A stretch of 64,000 nucleotides of DNA from contig NC_043003.1 of the NCBI RefSeq assembly GCF_006345805.1, positions 25,358,001 through 25,422,000 of the forward strand, read 5' to 3'. Within the stretch, counting starts at the first letter, position 1; each line of letters starts with the position of its first letter. This document shows positions 46,464 through 59,330 of this stretch, in pieces. The notes beneath the pieces were generated by a model. That model worked only from the letters and a program-made list of their open reading frames with translations. It made no database searches and was not told the DNA's origin. Origin of the DNA: Octopus sinensis. Lineage: Eukaryota. The position numbers were made by a program, and so were the translations under genes.

Positions 46464-48975
46464 TTATTTTGTTTGTTTGGTTTGTTGGGGGGGGGGGCAC
46501 CGGATCACTATCGGGCCCGAGTGAAGGGGCCTGTCTTTTATAACCCCAGACAGCGGTGCTATCGAAAAACCACTGCTGATCTGGGGTGGATGCACTGACA
46601 GGCCTTGCCTTGCTTTGACGAAACCCTTGGGACCTGGCTGGTTGTGCTTATGCTTGAGTACACTAGCAGGGAGGTCTCGTATGCAATGACCTGTTGAGAC
46701 CCAGTGGTTTTTCTGCTGGGTTATACTCGGCAGGTGGATGTGCTGCCAGGCCTTACCCTTGGGTGAAGTCACTGTTGGGCAGAGCCACTCGCGGTCTGCT
46801 GTTAGGAGTCGAATTAGTGGGCCAGAGGGTTTACTAGGTGGTTGGGGTAGTGGATTAGCTTGCCCTATTCGGTGGGGTTGGTCTTGCGCCTCCTTTAAGT
46901 TAAACTTAATCGTTTCAGCCATGGACCCATGGAAATTGCCGCCCAGTTAGTTATGAAATGAATAATAAGGTGAAAAACAAACGGCAGCCAGGCACCGCCA
47001 AACTGGTGGCCTGTGGGTCCGGGACGGGGCCCACAGGTCAGGCTGAATGTACTGCCCAGTTGCATTCGGCTGCACTGTGACCCTCCCCTGCAGGGGACAA
47101 TGAGTCATCTCCCCTGCATGGTAAATCTGGTGGCTCACTAAATTATGACAGGACCAGTGTCGGGCGCTCTCTTTTGCACCCAACACTGACGTATCACCGA
47201 AAAAAGGTATTTTCAGCCTAGATTATAGCAACTATTCCCTGGTGGTTAAAGGCTTTCAGCTCCCGATGGACCTGGCACAGGACCCGGTCGATGACGTCCA
47301 GTCTCTTTCTTTAGAGACGGACCGAGATGGGGTCGCTAGAGACCTCCCCCATGACGTCCATTCTCTTAATTTAGAAATGGGCCAAGAGGAGGTAGTGAGG
47401 GTATCAAGCCTCACTCCAGCTGGGAGCGAATTTTCGCTGACTATTCCCTGCATGTCGTGCTCCATAGCCTGTCCGCTATGTCCTCTACGCTTCTCTTCTC
47501 CCCCTAGATGGGGAGAACATTTAGACAGTAGACATGGCGTGAGGCCTGTGTACAGGTGTAGTAAATGTGGTAGGGAAAGTGGACATCTCCATTCGATGAA
47601 GTGCCACGCCGGCTTGTGTGATGGTGGTGCATCTAGAGCGCCTACTCCTAGTCCCCTATTCTCCTTCCAATGCGACCACTGCAGCCGTTTTATTTTGACG
47701 GCTGTAGGCCGATCGCAGCACATTCGCCACAAGCATCCTGCAGTGGCTAATGCCCGCAGGATTGCTGCTCGTTTAGAGCAAGTGGTGAAAAAGCGTGCTG
47801 ATCAGGCAGCCGCTGCCGAGGCATCAGGCCGAAGACGCAGAGGCTGTTGGTCTGACGAGGAAGTAGCGGTCCTCGTCGAGAAGGAGGCAGAGCTGTCAAA
47901 GGCAGGGGTAAGGCAGATAAATGCAGCCATCGCACGGTAGGATCCAAGAGGGCTGCTCTGGCCAAAAGGGCTCGTGTGAGTCATCAAGGGTCAGAGCGGT
48001 CCGCGGCCAATTCCCAACCACATATCGAGAGAGGACCTCAGTCTAACTTAGACTGGAAGGATCGCTTCCTCGATGCTGCATGTCCTGGGCATACCCGTTG
48101 GTCTGCAGTCTTCTCCGAGGTCCTATTGGAACTTGTAGAAGACGGGACCTCGGCTGCCTAGGGCTCTTTTGAGAGAAGAGTAGAGGACTGGGTGGAGCAC
48201 TACAGATCGCGTAGGGAAGAGACCACCAGGAGAATTAGTGTTAGGTCTGCTAGGAACAATACCAACTTTCGGCGGCGGGGTAGGCGACTTGCATACACCC
48301 GCCACCAGGACTTATTTAGGAAAGATAGGAAGAGGCTCCTTGCAGTTGTCTTAGGCGAAGATAAGGAGTAGGAATGCCCAATCCCACTCTATGCTATAGA
48401 GGAATTCTATAGAGGGAGGCTTTCTACTCCAGGCCCTGAGGTCGATCTAACGGACTACCCTTCCCCCTCCCAGGTTGAGAACAGCCCTATTTTGAGACCG
48501 TTCTCCGTGTCTTAAACCCGGTACAGTGACGTTAGGTAAATAATAAAAATAAGAAATAAAGACAAGTTTCCCTACCGACTTCAACATACAATACCCCCTC
48601 AATGAAGTCTTCAACTTTGTTTATTTTTTTGGAGACTGAGAGGCTGGTTTTTTGGAGACCCTGCAGTACTTTTTTTTTTATTTCTATTTTATTTATTTTT
48701 TAAAAAATTTTAGTTTACAAATTTTCTGTGAGGGGTAGCAAGGCTTTTAGGCCTTGTTTCAGTAGGGTTGAGATATAAAAGGAAAAAAAATTATTAGAAA
48801 AAGAATACCAGACTTGACAAATTTAAACCCCACCTTCAATTGATGCTTTTAGATATTTTTTAATGTTTTAAAATTATCAATCTTTATTTTAAAGGACAGA
48901 GGGTGCTGGCTGTGACAAAGTGGGACCACCCACTCTAAAAACAGGGAATGGATGATAAAAAGTCACTTAGAAAAA
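46386..48975 (+). mobile_element. R2-A-type retrotransposon derivative, copy 2: both ends present, RT and RLE deleted (about 2.6 kb)
   Basis: Flanked by upstream and downstream 28S target sequence. ORF 47242-47940 has three zinc fingers (CCHH, CCHC, CCHH) and a Myb-like WSDEE motif. Pre-RT relic (RRLAYTRHQDLFRKDRKRLLAVVL) at about 48280-48350. Short A-tail GAAAAA before TAGCC. Confidence 0.9.
47242..47940 (+). pseudogene. R2 ORF N-terminal DNA-binding region (3 ZF plus Myb), 232-aa open fragment
   Basis: CPLCPLRFSSPPRWGEHLDSRH; CSKCGRESGHLHSMKCHAGLC; CDHCSRFILTAVGRSQHIRHKHP; GCWSDEEVAVLVEKE. The stop is created by a deletion of about 30 bp relative to copy 1. Confidence 0.85.
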
Positions 48976-49080
48976 TAGCCAAATGCCTCGTCATCTAATT
49001 TGTGACGCGCATGAACGGATCAACATGATTCCCACTGTCTCGTGAAACCACAGCCAAGGGAACGGGCTTGGATGGATCGA

Positions 49081-49119
<39 letters not shown>

Positions 49120-49225
49120 TTTTGTGAGGGCACATGGTAGGTGTAGCATAGGCGGCAGCATTCGCGTTGCCCCGTCGGTGGCACGCGCGGTGCTCTTTCG
49201 GTCATCGTTGTTTCTTCGGCAGCGG
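48976..49225 (+). rRNA. 28S rRNA fragment downstream of the R2 site (about 250 nt)
   Basis: TAGCCAAATGCCTCGTCATC...GGGGAAAGAAGACCCTGTTGAGCTTGACTCTAGT...GGTGTAGCATA. The GC-rich last 85 nt or so are presumed expansion segment (less certain). Confidence 0.9.
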
Positions 49226-49719
49226 ATATATATGGATATATTTCTCTACATTATTTATTGCATTATATCGTTAATATGTTGCTATAAATTACCAATAAAT
49301 TTTGAAAATTTTTTACCATTTTGTTTTCAGATTAGTCAAAAAAAAAATCTTGACTTGTAAGTTACAAAATAAATGTACATCTGGTGTACTACAATAACTA
49401 TCACCCATTATTTGAATAAAAAAACTTTGTATGAGAAAAATAAGGAGTCATTAAAATTGACTTTTTATTTGTTTTAATTGAAATAAAGCTATGACTATTG
49501 GTTTGTGTTATCTACATCACACATCTGAATATTTTTCTACTATACATGTTGTAGTGGTCTATTGTAAACCTTACTGCAGTTTGTTGCAGTAAATGGAATA
49601 ACATTTTGGAACCACAAGTTATTCTGGGGAGAGTTCTATTGTTTTAATGCCTAATTATCTAACACATTCACCTGTTCGATTTCCACTCATATTTTTTCTA
49701 CCAAATTTTTTGTTGCTTT

Positions 49720-50600
49720 GCAACCTTATCAACGGATATTGACTGTTATTGGAGGTGCGCTCCCTTTTGTCTGTCTGTGCACATGTGTATGTGTCAGCAT
49801 GCATGTGTGCCTGTTTATGCACATATGTATGTGTATATATGCATTTGTGTGTATGTATGCTGCATATTCATGTGTTTGTATGTCTATGTGTGCGTATGTT
49901 TTAATATGACTATGTATGTGCATCTGTTATGTATGGATGTGTCTTTGTGCATGTGTATATGGTCATGTGTTTATGTTTCCTTTTGTTCATGTGTGTTTGT
50001 CCATATTACCTATGTACCTATCTGTTTACCTACATATCCATTTATCTACCTATATAAAGGGAAAATTTATGAAAATAAACAAAAGACGAAGGCAGGTGGA
50101 GTACAAACAAACAAATGTATTAGTATAGTGCTCAGGAATAGAAAAAGTCTTTTATGTTTCGAGCCTACGCTCTTCGACAGAAAGATACACAGAAGAAAAA
50201 CAAAGAGAGGAAAAAAAATGCGTGTAGGAGCTAACGATCTGTCATGGCGTCCTGTATATATGCATGGGCAGGTAAATGGATATATAGGTAAACAGATACA
50301 TAGGTAAGTAGATAGATAGGTACATAGGTTATATGGACAGACAAGCATACACACAAGGAGACAGAAACACATGAACATATACACACACAGACTCGTGGAG
50401 ACCCACATCCATAAGACACATACATAGTCACACAAACCCATACACAGAGACATACTCAAACACACGGAAGGAGACAGAAGTATACACACATACAAACATG
50501 AATATGCAGAATACATACCCACATGCACAGAAACAGACAAAAGGGAATGCAGCTCCAATAACGGACAGTCAACATCCATTGACAAGGCTGCAAAAGTAAC
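49720..50600. repeat. Microsatellite-rich repeat pair in inverted orientation around a ~190-bp core (about 50060-50245)
   Basis: 49990-50050 is the reverse complement of about 50270-50345. (TG)n/(CA)n-rich arms. Confidence 0.65.
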
Positions 50601-50908
50601 GAAAATTTTGGAAGAAAAAACAAATAATAAATGAGTGGAAACCAAACCGGTGAGTGTGTTAGATAAGGCATTAATATGACTCTCCCTAGACACAACAAAA
50701 TTAACCTTCAACACACGAATTCACATAAAGAATCTAGCAAACCATAAACAAAAACGAAATACATATGTTTATTTGACCAGAAACTGCTGCTGCTTATGGA
50801 GTAAAAGAAAGAGAAACCAATTACTATGAGATGAGAGGGTGGGTGAATATTCTTTTCCAGGTTTTTATATATATGTATGTGTGTGTATATATATATATAG
50901 AGAGAGAG

Positions 50909-51893
50909 GCACTGCAGTGGTTGTGTGGTAAGTAGTTTGCTTACCACCCACATGGTTCCGAGTTCAATCCCACTACGTGGCACCTTGGGCAAGAGTCTTC
51001 TACTATAGCTTTGGGCTGACCAAAACCTAGTGAGTGGATTTGGTAGATAGAAACTGAAAAAAGCCCATCGTATATGTTTATATATATGTGTGTGTGTGTC
51101 TGTGTTTGTCCCTCCACCATCTCTTGACAATCAATGTTACTGTGTTTACATCTCTGTAACTTAGCGGTTCGCCAAAAGAAACTGATAGAATAAATACTAA
51201 GCTTACAAAAAATAAGTCCTGGGGGTCGACTTGTTCAACTAACACCGGTGCTCCAGCATGGCCACAATCAAATGACAAACAAAAGAATGAATTTTTTTTT
51301 CCTTCCTTATGACTGAAAAGAGCATGTATTATTTCCATATAATTCATTTATTGGGTATTTCAGTAGTTATGGATAGCACCATTTCACCCTTTGGGCTCTT
51401 CAGTACAAGTCTGTTTTCTCACTTGTTAATGAAAACCAGTGTTCTTTTGAGATATCATATTGTAGAAGTTTGATGAAATTAAATGGTCTGAATGTAATGC
51501 TTAATATTTGATATTTTAATCAATGCTGCTTAGTGGCTGTGTGGTAAGTAGCTTGTTTACCAACCACATGGTTATGGGTTCAGTCCCCCCTGCGTGGCAC
51601 CTTGGGCAAGTGTCTTCTACTATAGCCTCGGGCTGACCAAAGCCTTGTGAGTGGATTTGGTAGGCGTATATATGTGTATATATATATATGCGTGTGTGTC
51701 TGTGTTTGTCCCCCTAGCATTGCTTGACAACTGATGCTGGTGTGTTTATGTCCCCGTTACTTAGCGGTTTGGCAAAGGAGACCGATAGAATAAGTACTGG
51801 GCTTACAAAAGAATAAATCCCGGGGTCGAGTTGCGCGATTAAAGGCGGTGCTCCAGCATGGCCGCAGTCAAATAACTGAAACAAGTAAAAGAG
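50909..51893 (+). mobile_element. Two SINE family 2 copies (about 50909-51290 and 51533-51893)
   Basis: Same head (gtggctgtgtggtaagtagc) and body as the other family 2 copies. Confidence 0.85.
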
Positions 51894-54239
51894 TTATTGA
51901 TTTAGCATGTATTTAATTCTGGTGTTGCTTTTGCTAAATGACTGACAACCAAACCTACCACATAAACAAGATGGTATTTGATCACTGTGTTTAACATGAC
52001 CCATCATCTGAAGTTTTGACACTTCTTTCAGGTTTGTTGTCTTACATCACTCATAAAGTAAATTTGGAGGAACTGTGGTTGTTCATTTGTGAGTAACAAG
52101 GAACCAATGAGGTGATAGACTTGCCCTTGAACTTTGAACATTGGGATAAATCTATGTTTAACTATCTCCTTAGATGCACCAAATGATGTCATTTGAAATG
52201 CAGAGTTGTCTGATATTGTTCAGAAAATCCTTTGACTGAATGGAAGATCTATAAGAAGTTGAGGAGGAGCTGGTAGTGCTAGCAGTCTTACCCGACTGCT
52301 TGAGCAGTGCATGCCATTAGTTTCATTTTTAAATTTTAAAGCTTTGCAGAAATGACAATTTGAGTTCAGCACACCAATTTGGACTAAAATTATAATTTTT
52401 ATAAGAATGGGATGGATCACATCTGAAAGCAGCTCCAGGAGTTGTGAAGAACAAATTTGTACATAGTCTGTTTCTGAGAGCTATTCTATTGGACCGCTGT
52501 CTAATCAGCATTAAGTTCTGCAGCATGCATGCATTTGCTGATCTTGAGAAAGTCTCATCTTGCTTCTGTATTGAGACTCCATCAGATGTGCTGCAGCATG
52601 TGTTTGCTGATCTTAAGAAAGTCTCATTTCTTTTGAGACCCTCACCTTAAGAAAGTCTTTCTCTTTTGAGACCCTCACCTTCAGTTTTCTACAATCCTCC
52701 TTACTTTATACTTGTTTCTGGAGAGATTATGTCTTTTCTTTGGTGGCATTTTTTTTTCAGTATTATAAACCAAAAATTATGAACATAGAAGAAATTATAC
52801 AGTAATCTCTATTATTGTAAGCAGTCGTATATAGTATATCTTTATTTTTGTATGCTGTATAAATTAACCAAATAGAAGCACATGTATGAACTGCTAACTT
52901 AATGGTAAATTTACAACTGCTGAGATAATTATTAACTGGTAATTGAACAGTAAATATGTATTATTATATACCATGGACCTGCCACCTCATTGTTTTTTTG
53001 TCAAGAGTTTCACCTCCAGCTGTTCATTATGTCAGCTAACACACCATTCTGCTGTCATAGCCATAAAGATGGAAAGTTGTCGATGCATAATGCTGTTCAC
53101 ATTAGGATATAATTAGAATTAAAAGGGAAACAGTATTATATCACATTACAATATATATGTTATTCTTTCACTTTTGACATGTAATACTGAACCAGTACCA
53201 ATGATGTATTTTTTAATCCAATGGAGAAAAAAATTACATGTTGACACTCATGGGGTCTGATAGTATTACCAAGTAAAATTTGCTTTGATTTGGTTGAACC
53301 GTTTGAAAATTCATTGGGAACAGACAGACAAAGAATTTTATATATATAGAAGATAAGTAATTTAATTGTTATTTATGATTATAAGACTTTGAGTATAGAT
53401 GTATAAATTATATACTTATTTGTTTATATACTCTGGCTCAGGGTAGCAATACTTACCAAGGATCCCAGTTATTGGTCTAACAGCAGAAAATGATCCTGTG
53501 GCTAAGGTACAAAAGATCTGGGGGAGAGTTGAGCACTAGACTTGTATCTCACAAGCTTATAGGTGTGTGAACATGCTCTGATAACATGTGAACCAGTCCC
53601 TTTACCTAAGGATTAAATAGGCCCTGTGTCTCAAGAGTAAGCTCAGAGGAGCAGGAGACTATCAAAGTAAATTGTAAATAAACAAGCAGATGGCAACAGG
53701 AAACCACTGCTGTATCTGTCTCAAGGAAATCATGACTCTTCAGACTTTGTCATGGAGGTACATGATTGCTGACACATACACACACACATATATATATATC
53801 ATCATCATCATATATATATGTATATATTTTGTGTGTGTGTGTATAGGCAAAAGAGATGAGAGTCAATATGCATTATATACTTTTTGTGAAAAATTCTAAC
53901 TTAAATTTTAATTGACCTAAAGAAAACATTTTTTTAAAATGACGTAATTGATTTGTTCATTGATAAAACATACCTGAAACAGCTATAGTGAACCTCAGCC
54001 CATTTGTGCTATCATTTATACCACACCACACTCAGAACCTTTGCTGTTCTGGATCTTGAGCCTACAATGGAGCGTGGACTGCATGCTGGAGTATAGTCTT
54101 GTGTGATTTTACATATATGTTGAGTGTACTTGGTCTGTATTTGTGGATCTAAGTATAACCGGAAGGACAAATCTGTATATACTCCAGTTAGCATGTGAAT
54201 ATCCATGTTGACATCCTTATTAGAATACATTGATTTCAT

Positions 54240-54475
54240 TGGATAATAATAATAATGAAATTATTGTATACAGTGCTCAGGTGCACAACTTGTCAGAAAG
54301 TGCGTATAAAGTGTATGCAGTTATGTACAAATGTCTGGAAAGCGAACAATGTATGAGTCAGATACATGCTTGTGTGTGTATGGAGGGGAGAAAATCAGGT
54401 GTAGTGTTGGCGAATCTCAGAAAGCATAGAAGTTTTGAAGGATACAGTGCTCCGACAACTAACAACTGATCCTGC
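54240..54475 (+). repeat. Unclassified dispersed repeat with an (AAT)n end; fragments also at about 12495-12535 and 30905-30945 (opposite orientation)
   Basis: Shared aataatgaaattattgtatacagtgctcaggtgcac. Confidence 0.55.
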
Positions 54476-55491
54476 AAACAATTATATATATATGAGTGTG
54501 TGTGTGTGTGTATAAAGAGAATTACTGAAATTAATTACACAGAGATGCCATCTGTTAAATTAGTGTTAACATTTATAATATAGTGATCTTCAAAACTCTA
54601 ATTAGAAAAACCTAATTAGGAAAACAGCATTAGTTCAATGACTAATATTTTGTTGAGAGTAATTAACCTCATTTTCTTTATCTTATAGTTAAAGCTAATG
54701 ACTCCTAACTGACAGATTAGTATATGGGCACATATACTTGCAACAGAATGAACTCTACTACAGGTAACCAGGGTACTGGGTGACAGTTTAAATCTCTCAC
54801 CTAAGAAGGCTATGGCAGTATTTGAATTAAAAATGCAAAGAGCCAGGACAAATACTACAAGGTATCTAATCCAATGTCCTTAGAGTTCTGCCTATCCACC
54901 ACCCTGGATGAGTACACTTTTATCAATCCCAAAAGAACAAAAGACAAAGCTGACCTCAGTGGGATTTGTGTGTAGAGAGTGAGAACAAATACTTTGTGGC
55001 ATTCTACCTGATATTCTTAACACTACCAATTTGCTACCCTAGGGGATATGTTTAATTTAAATTTGGTAATTTTTCCTTCATACTCACTCACGGAGTGGTT
55101 GGCGTTAGGAAGGGCATCCAGCCGTAGAAACACTGCCAGATTTGACTGGGCCTGATGAAGCCTTCTGGCTTCACAGACCCCAGTAGAACCGTCCAACCCA
55201 TGCTAGCATAGAAAACGGACGCTAAATGATGATGATGAGGACTCAAGTAAAAATCACATTGTACATCTATTTAATGATTCTCTCATCACTACAGCAGCAA
55301 GTATGTTGAAATATATGCTTCACTAAGGACTAAAATATGCCCAAAGTCTCATACTTGTCAAAATGATTAAAATGATAGTAGCAACTGAGTTACTGTTGTG
55401 TTTCTTTACTGCATTAGTATTCCTAATTTAATTTTCAATGTCTATTCCATTTAAATATGTTAATGTTAAATTAACATACATACATTTATAG

Positions 55492-55870
55492 GCATAGGAG
55501 ATGCTGTGTGGTAAGTAGCTTGCTTACAAACCACATGGTTCCAGGTTCAGTCCCACTGCATGGCACCTTGGGCAAGTGTCTTCTACTATAGCCTCGGGCC
55601 GACCAAAGCCTTGTGAGCGGATTTGTTAGACGGAAACTGAAAGAATCCTGTCATATATATGTATGTGTGTGTGTATATGTTTGTCCCCCAACATCGCATG
55701 ACAAAATCGGTGCTGGTGTGTCTACGTCCCCATAGTTTAGCAGTTCGGCAAAAGAGACCAATAGAATAAGTACTAGGCTTACAAAGAATAAGTCCTGGGG
55801 TTGATTTGCTCGACTAAAGGTGGTGCTCTAGCATGGACACAGTCACATGACTGAACCAAGTAAAAGAGAA
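55492..55870 (+). mobile_element. SINE family 2 copy (others at about 59911-60060, 63247-63520, and a 3'-half relic at about 11990-12170 on minus)
   Basis: Full head-to-tail match to the family 2 consensus seen elsewhere in the window. Confidence 0.85.
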
Positions 55871-57199
55871 TACATATGTATGTCAATGATAAATTAACAT
55901 ATGTATGTATGTTAGCATAAACCTTTTTGCATTTAACCTGGTCATGTCCTGCTTAAGTATTCTGTTTTAAGTTGAAACTGACCAGATACAACCTCTCACA
56001 CCTACCTCTACAATCTCATTATAAAAACACACAAACACACTATTGAAATCTCAAAGCTATGACTCAAAACAATGAGAATAGGCAATACACTTGACAAAGA
56101 AATTAACACACACACACACATATCATTTTAATGGCCACTTTTCTATGGGTCAGAAAAAAATTCATTGAAACAGATGTTATATGGCAGGATGCTCTTCCTG
56201 TCACCAACTATCATCTCTCCAAGTTCATAATATTTTACACACTACTTGAAAATACTGTCATACTTTCCACTTGCAAAACTAAGATAATAAATTATATTAC
56301 CAGTTGTATTAAACATTTTATTTACAATCAGTATTCTTCGGGTATTTTTACATTCTATATTCTTGCCACTTGTTTAAATATTTAAAGAAAAACTTCAGAT
56401 TCCTGTAGTAACAATTAAGAAAATTAGTCGTTCCTGCAAAATTTCAGTAATGTAGTAAATATACCATAAGTCTGGTTGACCATTTTCAAATTTCCTTATG
56501 TTGTTCAACCCTTTGTCTGTCCTGTGTATTGCATGTGATACAAAGGACATATTTCCTTGGTGTCCTGGCATCATATATGATACACATTCCCAATCAATTT
56601 TTTTCAATCACTAGAATATCTTGGGATTTATGAAGGAAAGCTTTATATCACTCGCAACATGTGAAACAATATCTAACCAAAAGTCTGAAAAACAAGCATG
56701 GACATTTAAGACAAACTTATGAAAATTGTATGGACAAGCAAAAGATTAAAATCTCTAGGACAGGCATGATTGAGCATACCCATTATCAAAAGTACAAGCT
56801 GTAAAGACATATAAATTAGCAGTTACCTGTCACAACATCAATAATAACACACTGAACAATAAAGTTTTATTATGGCAAACATAAATTGCTAGTATATAGC
56901 TTTATTTAAATATTAAAAAAAAGCGGTCGTTTTGATTTGTTTTTTTATTTTATCCAAATACAAGGTGTTAGCCATTGCAGTACACTAAAATTATTTCTTA
57001 GTATACTTATGGAAACACCCTAATTTGTTCATTAATTTTCTTGATAAAAAAATTGTTTCCCAAATAATAGCCACTTAATAGTGATATGTTAATGATACTG
57101 ATGTGATAAAAACAGCATACAAATATATTCAAATACAACTATATATAGTTATACCACAGTACATGTGTATTTTCCATATATTGTTTCATGATGTGAGGT

Positions 57200-59330
57200 T
57201 GGTTCATAGACATAAATTGATGTGGAATGCAAAGCAGCGTGGTAAATCAGAATGTCATTGGTGAACAATGTGTATAGAATGACAGCGGCGCACTTAACCT
57301 CAATGAGGATAAAGCTGAAAAGAATGAGGCATGAAAATGCTTCTACAGAGTTGCTAAATGGAGAAAAGTGAGAGGACTACCTGAAATAGATGGAATTGTG
57401 AGACAGCTCTGGCTGGAAATGTCACTGAGATATGAAGGAAGGAAAGGCCACCAAGAATAGGTTGCTGAGAGGCTGATCTCTGGTGAAATAGGACTCAAGT
57501 TAGTGACTTGCATAATCAATCAAGTAGTAAAAGGGGATTTATCTCAAATGGTAGATGTAGCAGCAGCCTCATCAACTACTACAAGGGAAAAGAAGAGGCT
57601 CTGGAAAGAAGCAACCATAGGTATCAAATTGATGAACTGAGTAAGAGGCAGAAAGAGTTATAGTATAGCTAATTAGAAAAAAAATGAGCTTATATGGATG
57701 CAGTTTGGGTTTGTGTTAAGACAAGAAGTGTCACTGGTGCCTTCTGCTATGTAAAACAACTACAGGAAAAGTTCTTATCTGAGAGGAAGACATTACACAT
57801 AGTGTTCATACGCTAGTATAAAGCCTTTGACAGTATCTTTCTATATAGTCAGATGGTCATTAAGACAACTGGGTGTAGTGAGAATGGCCCCTTGTGAGTA
57901 ATAAAAAATCAAACTGGGTGTAGTGAGAGCCATGCAAACCTTGTACATTGGTGGGGCTGACAGCAAGGTGAGAGTTAGCAACAAGTTTAGGGAGCAATTT
58001 ATATGTACAGTTAGATGTTCATCAAGGCTCAGTTCACAATCACCTTCTATTTATTTTTATTCTCAGAGCCATAACAGAGATCAAGACCAACTGTTCATGG
58101 TAACTACTCTATCTGGACAACCTCATCTCATAGCTGAACCAGCCAGAGAATTAAAGAAAAAGTCCTAACCAAAGGAGAATAAGGTTTAAGGGGTTTAAAA
58201 GTGAATCTTGCAAAATCAAAAATTTTAACAACAAAAAAATCTGTCCTGCACCCTGGAAAGGCCACATTTAATATAGAGAAAAGGAGTATGTAGGAATTAT
58301 ATCGTGTACCAAATGTAAGATGGTTATGCATCAGAGATGCTGTAGGACTCTAAGCAGGCTGACAGAGGAGGACTTCATTAATATTATAATAATCATCATT
58401 GCTTTAATGTTTAATTTTTCATGTTTGCATAACATAGACAGAATTCATAAAGACAAATTTTCTATGGCTGGATGTTCTTCCTGTCATCAACCCATACCTG
58501 TTTCCAAGCACGGTTCCCCATGGCTGGACATGTTTTCACAGATGATTGGAAACAAAGGATACAGTTTGTATAATGCTGATGTTTGTCTACAGCTAACACA
58601 CAATGTCAAAACAAGACATAAATTCATTTATATATACGAGCTTCATTGAGTTGCTGTCTATCAGATCAACTTGGGCCAGGGTTACAGTTGAATATACCTG
58701 CCAACGTGTCTTCTCTTATAGCCATGCAGTAAGACTGAATCTGAAATCATGAAGTTAGGAAGTGAACTTCTTAAACATACAGCCATGCCTGCACCTACGT
58801 AACAAATGAATAGATATAATTAGCAGTAAGAGCACCTATGAAATGAATTCTTTTAAATGTTCAGATTTGATAGTAGTCAACAGTTTCCACTACCTAACAG
58901 CTGTAGAAGCATAGTAACCAGCATAAGGATGGGGTGAAAAAAGTTCTGGGAGTTTCAACCTCTGTTGACAACAAAGGGATTCTATCTCAGAATGAAGGGC
59001 AGATTGTATGATGCATATGTTTGAAGTGTTTTATTGAACAGGGAGCAAAACATGAGCATGGATATTAGCATGCATGAAAGACAGAGTACATTTTTTTCAC
59101 TCAGTTTATATCATGTGAAAAAATAGATATAAGTGAAATAAGCCAAAATAGAATATGTACAGGAATGGATATGTGATGCATATGAAAAGGACAGCTGGGT
59201 GAAGTGTCAAGTAACCCAAATGGAAGGAACTTGACCAAAGAAGTAATAAAGGCTGATCTCAAGGTGCTGAACCTCATGAAGGAGGAAAAGAGACAGCAGC
59301 TGGTGACAAGATACAGTGCAGGAGATATGT
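57200..59330 (+). mobile_element. Ancient RTE-clade LINE relic (RT region), interrupted
   Basis: Decayed motifs: VRAMQTLY..ADSKVRVSNKFREQF..., HLIAEPARELKKK (the YADD region is eroded), VNLAKSKIL, and a C-terminal KEVIKADLKVLNL. Confidence 0.65.

Noticed and set aside
46021-49225. A functional rDNA unit
   Set aside because: Only 85-250-nt pieces around the R2 site, with indels; no 18S, 5.8S or the rest of 28S.
49718-50714. Several 60-215 aa ORFs rich in C, V, M and Y (also 101-433 and 26601-26870)
   Set aside because: Translations of (TG)n/(TATG)n microsatellites.
52530-52682. Short repeats with GTCTCA/TGAGAC mini-hairpins
   Set aside because: Two or three degenerate local duplications of 30-60 bp; no evidence of function.
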